This document shows positions 59,122 to 64,000 of a DNA stretch of 64,000 bases, one piece after another. The stretch comes from Alphaproteobacteria bacterium. Its GTDB lineage: Bacteria; Pseudomonadota; Alphaproteobacteria; UBA2966; CAIVPW01. The notes below the pieces were generated by a model. The model was not told the DNA's origin. It worked only from the letters and a program-made list of their open reading frames with translations, and made no database searches. The stretch lies in assembly GCA_947481575.1 (NCBI GenBank), contig CANKGV010000004.1, positions 5,487 through 69,486 on the forward strand, in the 5' to 3' direction. A program made the position numbers and the translations under genes. How positions within the stretch are numbered: position 1 is the first letter of the stretch; each line of letters begins with the position of its first letter.

Positions 59122-59826
59122 ATGGCAGCCTCTGCGCCAGTAATTCTCATCCCTGGGTTGCTCAACACTGCGCGACTCTGGCGCGCACAAGCCCATGAAC
59201 TTTCCAGGGACTTCGAGGTGCGGGTGGCCGACAGTGCCGCCGCCGACTCGATGGCGGGGCTGGCCGAACGGTTGCTTGCGGACGCGCCCAAACGCTTCGC
59301 CCTGGCCGGCATTTCGATGGGCGGATACGTGGCGTTTGAGGTGCTGCGGCAGGCGCCGGAGCGGGTGGAGCGGCTGGCGCTGGTCGACACCACGCCAAAG
59401 GCCGACCGGCCCGAGCAAACTGAACGCCGCCGTATGTTGGTCGCCCTCGCACGGGCCGAGGGAATACGCGCCGTGCTGCCGTATCTCATCCCCGGCTTCC
59501 TGGCGCCGCACCATCGCGACGATCCCGCCCTGGTGGAGATCATCACCGGGATGGCCGAGGAGGTCGGCGTGGACGGGTTTACGCGCCAGCAGCACGCGAT
59601 CCTGGGGCGTATCGACAGTACCCCGGACCTGGCGCGTATCGGTTGCCCGGCCGCCGTGATCGTGGGTGAGCACGACCAACTGACGCCCCCCGCGGGAGCG
59701 GCCGAAATGGCCGCGGCAATGGGCGGTGCAACGCTGACGGTGATCCCGGACGCTGGTCATCTTTCGCCATTGGAAAACGGGGCGGCGGTGGCCGCCGCCA
59801 TGCGCGCCTGGTTGGCGCAACCTTAG
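59122..59826 (+). CDS. Alpha/beta hydrolase
   Basis: LIPGL, GISMGG, G..D.LTP, AGHLSPLE. Confidence 0.9.
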   Translation: MAASAPVILIPGLLNTARLWRAQAHELSRDFEVRVADSAAADSMAGLAERLLADAPKRFALAGISMGGYVAFEVLRQAPERVERLALVDTTPKADRPEQTERRRMLVALARAEGIRAVLPYLIPGFLAPHHRDDPALVEIITGMAEEVGVDGFTRQQHAILGRIDSTPDLARIGCPAAVIVGEHDQLTPPAGAAEMAAAMGGATLTVIPDAGHLSPLENGAAVAAAMRAWLAQP

Positions 59827-59952
59827 CCACTACTGGTAGCGGGTCGCCAAAGCCCGATCCCAAGTTGCTCGCGTAAATACGCGAGAAATACGCTAACCCG
59901 ATTCCCCGCGCGGGGCGCCGAAACCGGCCCCCGGCCGCAGTTCTAACCATGA

Positions 59953-59982
59953 GAACATAAAAGGAACGTAGTCCCGCGTCAA
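59953..59982 (-). promoter_or_regulatory. Sigma70 promoter overlapped by an alphaproteobacterial LexA (SOS) box
   Basis: Minus strand TTGACG (59982-59977), 17 nt, TATGTT (59959-59954); GTTC-CTTTTAT-GTTC (59967-59953). Confidence 0.8.
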
Positions 59983-60007
59983 GGTGCGGCGGCGGGTGGA
60001 TGCAGCC

Positions 60008-60625
60008 CTATTTGGGGGCGCGCAGCGCAGCGCGCTGCCAGCCGCTGAGGATCAGGGTTGCGGCGCGTTTGGCGTGACGCGCGGCGGTGCCGTCGCCTTC
60101 CACCGCAGCGACGATCGAGCCCATGAGCAGGACATCCCAGGCGCGGGCAAAGGTGGTGCGGCGGTGGAGATGCGCCTGGGACGCCAAGCGTTCGATGAAG
60201 GCGCGCAGGTTGGCCAGCACTTCGGCCGCCGCGGCGTGAACGCGGGAGCCGGGCGCGGAGCTGAGCAGCTCGCGCAACGGCGGACAGCCGGCGAATCCAG
60301 TCGCGTGGAACCAGTCGTCGAGCACGTCGAACAGTGCGAGCAACTGCTGGTCTGGCGCGCGGGCGCGCTTGGTGACTTCGGGGATCAGCCACGCGTGAGT
60401 CCACCGTTCGTCCCACAGGTGCAGGAACGCCACGACGAGATCGTCCTTGGACGCGAAATGCTTGTAGAAGCTGCCCTTGGCGACGCCGGACCGGGCAACA
60501 ATCGCTTCGACGCCAACGGACGTGGTGCTCTGGCCTGAGAACAGTTCGTAGGCCGCTTCCAGGACTCGTTCTTTTGCAGCGGGCTTGCGGGCCGCAGGGG
60601 CGCTGCTAGCGGATGTAGAACGCAC
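60008..60625 (-). CDS. TetR/AcrR family transcriptional regulator; start uncertain
   Basis: ERVLEAAYELF...GVEAIVARSGVAKGSFYKHFASKDDLV HTH; F.GC motif. Confidence 0.92.
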   Translation of the reverse strand: MRSTSASSAPAARKPAAKERVLEAAYELFSGQSTTSVGVEAIVARSGVAKGSFYKHFASKDDLVVAFLHLWDERWTHAWLIPEVTKRARAPDQQLLALFDVLDDWFHATGFAGCPPLRELLSSAPGSRVHAAAAEVLANLRAFIERLASQAHLHRRTTFARAWDVLLMGSIVAAVEGDGTAARHAKRAATLILSGWQRAALRAPK

Positions 60626-60685
60626 TAGACCCACCCGCCAAAATCGTGGCGATGCCGGCACAATGCAGGGCGCGCCGCCACAAGT

Positions 60686-61108
60686 TCATTCGGCGCGCGG
60701 CCAGTGATCGAGGGCGAGGGCGCCGGCCGCCCGTGCTGCCGCGATGGCGGCTACGTCGCCGCCAATCGCCGCGACCAACGATCCGTCCATGAGTGCCCGC
60801 CAGGCCGCGGCAAACGACTCAGGCTCGGCCAAGCCGACGCGGTGCGCGAGATTGTGCAAGAGGTCGCGAATCTCGGCGGTCCAGGTGGAAGCGGCGTGGG
60901 GCGCGGCGGCGATTGCGCCTTCGTCCGCCGCTTCGGCGACGACGTCGAAGATGGCCAGCAACTGATGGTCCGGCGCATCGGCGCGGCGGGCAATCTCGGC
61001 TGCCAGTTCGGCCTTGGTCCAGCGAAGTTCGATCATCGACCAGCGTGTGTTGAGACCCTGCTTTCTAAGGAACCTCAATAGGACGCGACGTGCTGTTCTA
61101 TTTCGCAC
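60686..61108 (-). CDS. TetR C-terminal-domain-only paralog (no HTH); start 61108 or 61036
   Basis: RWT..L..E...RA.APD.QLLA.FDV and FA.AW..L..GS.VAA..GD are shared with the downstream TetR. Confidence 0.75.
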   Translation of the reverse strand: MRNRTARRVLLRFLRKQGLNTRWSMIELRWTKAELAAEIARRADAPDHQLLAIFDVVAEAADEGAIAAAPHAASTWTAEIRDLLHNLAHRVGLAEPESFAAAWRALMDGSLVAAIGGDVAAIAAARAAGALALDHWPRAE

Positions 61109-61254
61109 ACTCCGCGGAGGGAATTTGTGGTCCGGATTTGTTTCGGCCCGCAGCGCACTCGATCCGCAGCGTGCAGGACCGCCGCAACCGGTGGCAGGAA
61201 ATCCAGAAATGATGCCGCTCTATCCGGTTCGGACCGGCGGAGAGGGCAAACCGG

Positions 61255-63234
61255 CTACACGTCCAGGTCGATGACGTCCGGTGCGTGTTCTTGGATGTAG
61301 GCCAAGCGCAGTTCAGGCTTGCGGCCCATGAGTTGCTCCACGAGATCGTCGGTCTCGCGCTCGCGGCCGTCGGGGACGATGACACGCAGCAGGGTGCGCT
61401 GGGCGGGGTCCATGGTGGTGGACTTGAGCTGGCTCGCAGGCATTTCGCCGAGGCCTTTGAAGCGGCTGACCTCGACTTTGGTTTTGCCGGCGAACTCGGT
61501 CTTCATCAGCTTGTCTTTGTGGGCGTCGTCGCGGGCGTAGATGGTTTTGCCGCCGTGGGTGAGGCGGTACAGCGGCGGCAGCGCCAGGTACAGGTGGCCG
61601 TCGCGGATCAGGCCCGGCATCTGGCGATAGAAGAACGTCATCAGCAGTGACGCGATGTGCGCGCCGTCGACGTCGGCGTCGGTCATCACGATGACCTTGT
61701 CGTAACGCAGGTCCGCTTCCTTGTAGCGCTCGCCGCTGCCGCACCCCAACGCCAGCAGCAGGTCGGAGATTTCCTGGTTCGCCTGCATCTTGCCGCTGGC
61801 GGCGGAGGCGACGTTCAGGATCTTGCCGCGCAGGGGCAGGACCGCCTGGGTGTTGCGATTGCGCGCCTGTTTGGCGGTGCCGCCGGCGGAGTCGCCTTCG
61901 ACCAGCAGAATCTCGGTGCCTTCGGAGCCGGAGCGCGAGCAGTCGGCGAGCTTGCCGGGCAGGCGCAGCTTGCGGGTCGCGGTCTTGCGGGCGACGTCGC
62001 GGTCGGCCTTGCGGGCGAGGCGGTCTTCGGCGCGAGCAATGATGGAGTCGAGCAGCGCGTTGGCTTGTTCCGGCGCGCCGGACAGCCAGTGGTCGAAGTG
62101 GTCGCGCACCACCGACTCGGTGATCTTGGCGGCTTCCGGGTTGCCGAGCTTTTCTTTGGTCTGGCCGTGGAACTGCGGCTCCGGAATAAAGATCGACAAC
62201 GCGGCGGCCGCGGCGCCCGACACGTCTTCGGGAGCGATCTGGGCGGCGCGGCGGTTGCCGGTGAGATCGGCATAGGCCTTCAAGCCTTTGATCAGCGCAC
62301 TGCGCAGGCCGTTGTCGTGGGTGCCGCCTTCGGGTGTCGGCACGGTGTTGCAGTACGAGTGCACGAAGCCTTCGCCATCGGCAGGCCAGGCAACGGCCCA
62401 TTCGACGGTGGAGCGCTGCTTGGGCAACTCGACGCGGCCGCAGAACGGCGCGGCGGTGACGGTCTCGCGCCCGGCCAATTCGGCGGCGATGAAGTCGGCG
62501 AGGCCGGCCGGGAAGTGGAACGTGTCTTCGGCCGGGATTGCGGACTTTTCGCCCAGCAGCGCGGGATCGCAGTGCCAGCGGATTTCAACGCCGCGGAACA
62601 AGTACGCCTTGGAGCGCGCCATGCGGTACAGGCGTTCGGGCTTGAAGCCGGAAACGTCGCGGAAGATTTCCGGGTCGGGATGGAAGGTGACCTTGGTGCC
62701 GCGCCGGTTGCGCACGGCGCCCAGGTCCTTGAGCTTGGTGACCGGCGCGCCCTGCTTGTAGGTCTGGGTATACAGGTGGCCGTCGCGGGCGACTTCGACC
62801 ACAAGGTGATCCGACAGCGCGTTCACTACCGAGACGCCGACGCCGTGCAGGCCGCCGGCGGTGCTGTAGACCTTGTCGGAGAACTTGGCGCCGGAATGCA
62901 GCATCGTCAGGATGACTTCCAGCGCCGAACGGTTCTTGAACTTCGGGTGCGGGTCGACCGGCATGCCACGGCCGTTGTCGTCGATGGCCAGCGTGCCGTC
63001 GGCGGCGAGGGTCATCTCGATGCGGGAGGCGTGACCGGCCACGGCTTCGTCCATGGCGTTGTCGAGCACTTCGGCGGCCAGATGGTGCAGGCCGGATTCG
63101 TCCACCCCGCCGATGTACATGCCGGGGCGGCGCCGCACCGGCTCCAGGCCTTCCAAGACCTCGATGTCGCGGGCGGTGTAGGTGTTGCCGCCCGCTTGGC
63201 GGCCCTTGGGCGGTGGGGAGAACAGATCGGCCAT
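61255..63234 (-). CDS. parE: DNA topoisomerase IV subunit B
   Basis: EGLEPVRRRPGMYIG, LHSGAKF, RKLRLPGKLADC, VEGDSAGG, MTDADVDG, RFKGLGEM; 659 aa with no long GyrB insertion. Confidence 0.93.
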   Translation of the reverse strand: MADLFSPPPKGRQAGGNTYTARDIEVLEGLEPVRRRPGMYIGGVDESGLHHLAAEVLDNAMDEAVAGHASRIEMTLAADGTLAIDDNGRGMPVDPHPKFKNRSALEVILTMLHSGAKFSDKVYSTAGGLHGVGVSVVNALSDHLVVEVARDGHLYTQTYKQGAPVTKLKDLGAVRNRRGTKVTFHPDPEIFRDVSGFKPERLYRMARSKAYLFRGVEIRWHCDPALLGEKSAIPAEDTFHFPAGLADFIAAELAGRETVTAAPFCGRVELPKQRSTVEWAVAWPADGEGFVHSYCNTVPTPEGGTHDNGLRSALIKGLKAYADLTGNRRAAQIAPEDVSGAAAAALSIFIPEPQFHGQTKEKLGNPEAAKITESVVRDHFDHWLSGAPEQANALLDSIIARAEDRLARKADRDVARKTATRKLRLPGKLADCSRSGSEGTEILLVEGDSAGGTAKQARNRNTQAVLPLRGKILNVASAASGKMQANQEISDLLLALGCGSGERYKEADLRYDKVIVMTDADVDGAHIASLLMTFFYRQMPGLIRDGHLYLALPPLYRLTHGGKTIYARDDAHKDKLMKTEFAGKTKVEVSRFKGLGEMPASQLKSTTMDPAQRTLLRVIVPDGRERETDDLVEQLMGRKPELRLAYIQEHAPDVIDLDV

Positions 63235-63351
63235 GGACTACCGGTCGGAGACGGAAAACCGAGACTGCGGGTGGGGCGCAGAGTATAGGGGCCGGGTAGG
63301 GGTGCAACAACCAGATATGGTAGTCTGTGCGATGCCAAGGAGCGGAGTCCG

Positions 63352-63807
63352 GTGAGCGATCTCAACACCCCCGACGCAGTTCCGGACGAGTCCTACCGCT
63401 TCGCCGGGTTCTGGTGGCGGGCGGCGGCCATCTTGATCGATGTCGCGATTCTGACGGTGGCGGACGGCATCGTGAGCGGGATGCTGGGCGCGGTCCTGCC
63501 CGCATTCACGTGGCTGCTGGTCGTCGTCATCAACTGGACCTATTTCGCCCAGCAGGAGGCTTCGCCCTACCGGGCGACGGTGGGCAAGCGGGTGTGCGGG
63601 CTGATCGTCGTGGACCTGGAGGGACGCCAGATTTCGTTCGCACGCGCAACCGGCCGGTACTTTGCCAAGTTCCTATCGGGGCTGCTGCTCAACCTGGGGT
63701 TCGTGATGGCGGCCTTCACCGAGCGCAAGCAGGGGCTCCACGACTTCATGGCCGGTACGCTGGTGCTGCGGAAGCGCCCGGGCCCGAAGGGCACCGATGC
63801 GATCTGA
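63352..63807 (+). CDS. RDD family membrane protein
   Basis: FAGFW.R..A..ID, ATVGK..CGL.VVD..G, KQGLHD..AGT.V; GGAG RBS. Confidence 0.92.
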   Translation: MSDLNTPDAVPDESYRFAGFWWRAAAILIDVAILTVADGIVSGMLGAVLPAFTWLLVVVINWTYFAQQEASPYRATVGKRVCGLIVVDLEGRQISFARATGRYFAKFLSGLLLNLGFVMAAFTERKQGLHDFMAGTLVLRKRPGPKGTDAI

Positions 63808-63847
63808 CCCGCCCACGCTCCCGCGCGCGGCGGGCCTGAGCGGCCTT

Positions 63848-64000
63848 GTGAAGCATGACTTCGGCGGTCTGGGGCGGCGCGTTCTGGCGTGGACGGTGGA
63901 CGCCGGGATCGAGACCGCGGTGACCTACCCCCTCGGCGCCGGGATCGGCGTGCTGTTTGCGTCGCTGGGCACGTGGGACGTCTGGGCGGCGGCGCTCATT
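63848..64000 (+). CDS. Second RDD family protein, 5' part (runs off the window)
   Basis: GTG then KHDFGGLGRRVLAWTVD followed by a TM segment; open to the window end. Confidence 0.65.
   Translation, partial: MKHDFGGLGRRVLAWTVDAGIETAVTYPLGAGIGVLFASLGTWDVWAAALI

Noticed and set aside
59579..59950. 123-aa minus-strand ORF starting right after the LexA box
   Set aside because: Its ATG is only 3 nt past the -10 element (upstream of the expected start site), it has no recognisable domain, and it overlaps the hydrolase antisense
1..64000. CRISPR arrays, tRNA/rRNA, IS elements, prophage or defence systems
   Set aside because: No periodic repeats, T-loop/CCA patterns, transposase, integrase or nuclease motifs seen by eye; tRNAscan-SE and DefenseFinder were not run

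Overview
GC-rich, gene-dense chromosomal segment, most likely from a Rhodospirillales-like alphaproteobacterium (inferred from gene content and order). It is mostly core housekeeping DNA. In order: modABC; hisI; zur-znuC-znuB (no znuA here); a coupled cysK/small membrane protein/sseA/metC sulfur operon; a signalling block of two hybrid histidine kinases and an orphan HATPase beside an HU gene; aminotransferase, GGT-like protein, M48 protease, DsbA and thioredoxin; rne; amiC-mrcA-prfB (programmed +1 frameshift); a Bax-like glucosaminidase; an M23 peptidase/bactofilin pair; bcp; glnE; yhdP; a MoaD/ThiS ubiquitin-like plus Asp-box propeller pair; tyrS; a full cysE-iscR-nifS-like-iscS-iscU-iscA-hscB-hscA-fdx-iscX operon; a DEAD-box helicase; a TetR with an HTH-less paralog; parE; and two RDD genes. 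By eye I found no rRNA, tRNA, CRISPR array, transposase or integrase. The best leads for something undescribed are: (1) a near-consensus sigma70 promoter overlapped by a perfect alphaproteobacterial LexA box but with no gene downstream (SOS sRNA or antisense candidate, ~59830-59982); (2) the ubiquitin-like/beta-propeller pair; (3) the TetR with its HTH-less twin; (4) an H-box-less HATPase with a Cys-rich head; (5) a ~138-aa internal duplication in YhdP. All are hypotheses from reading the sequence; no searches were run, and family names come from motif recall.
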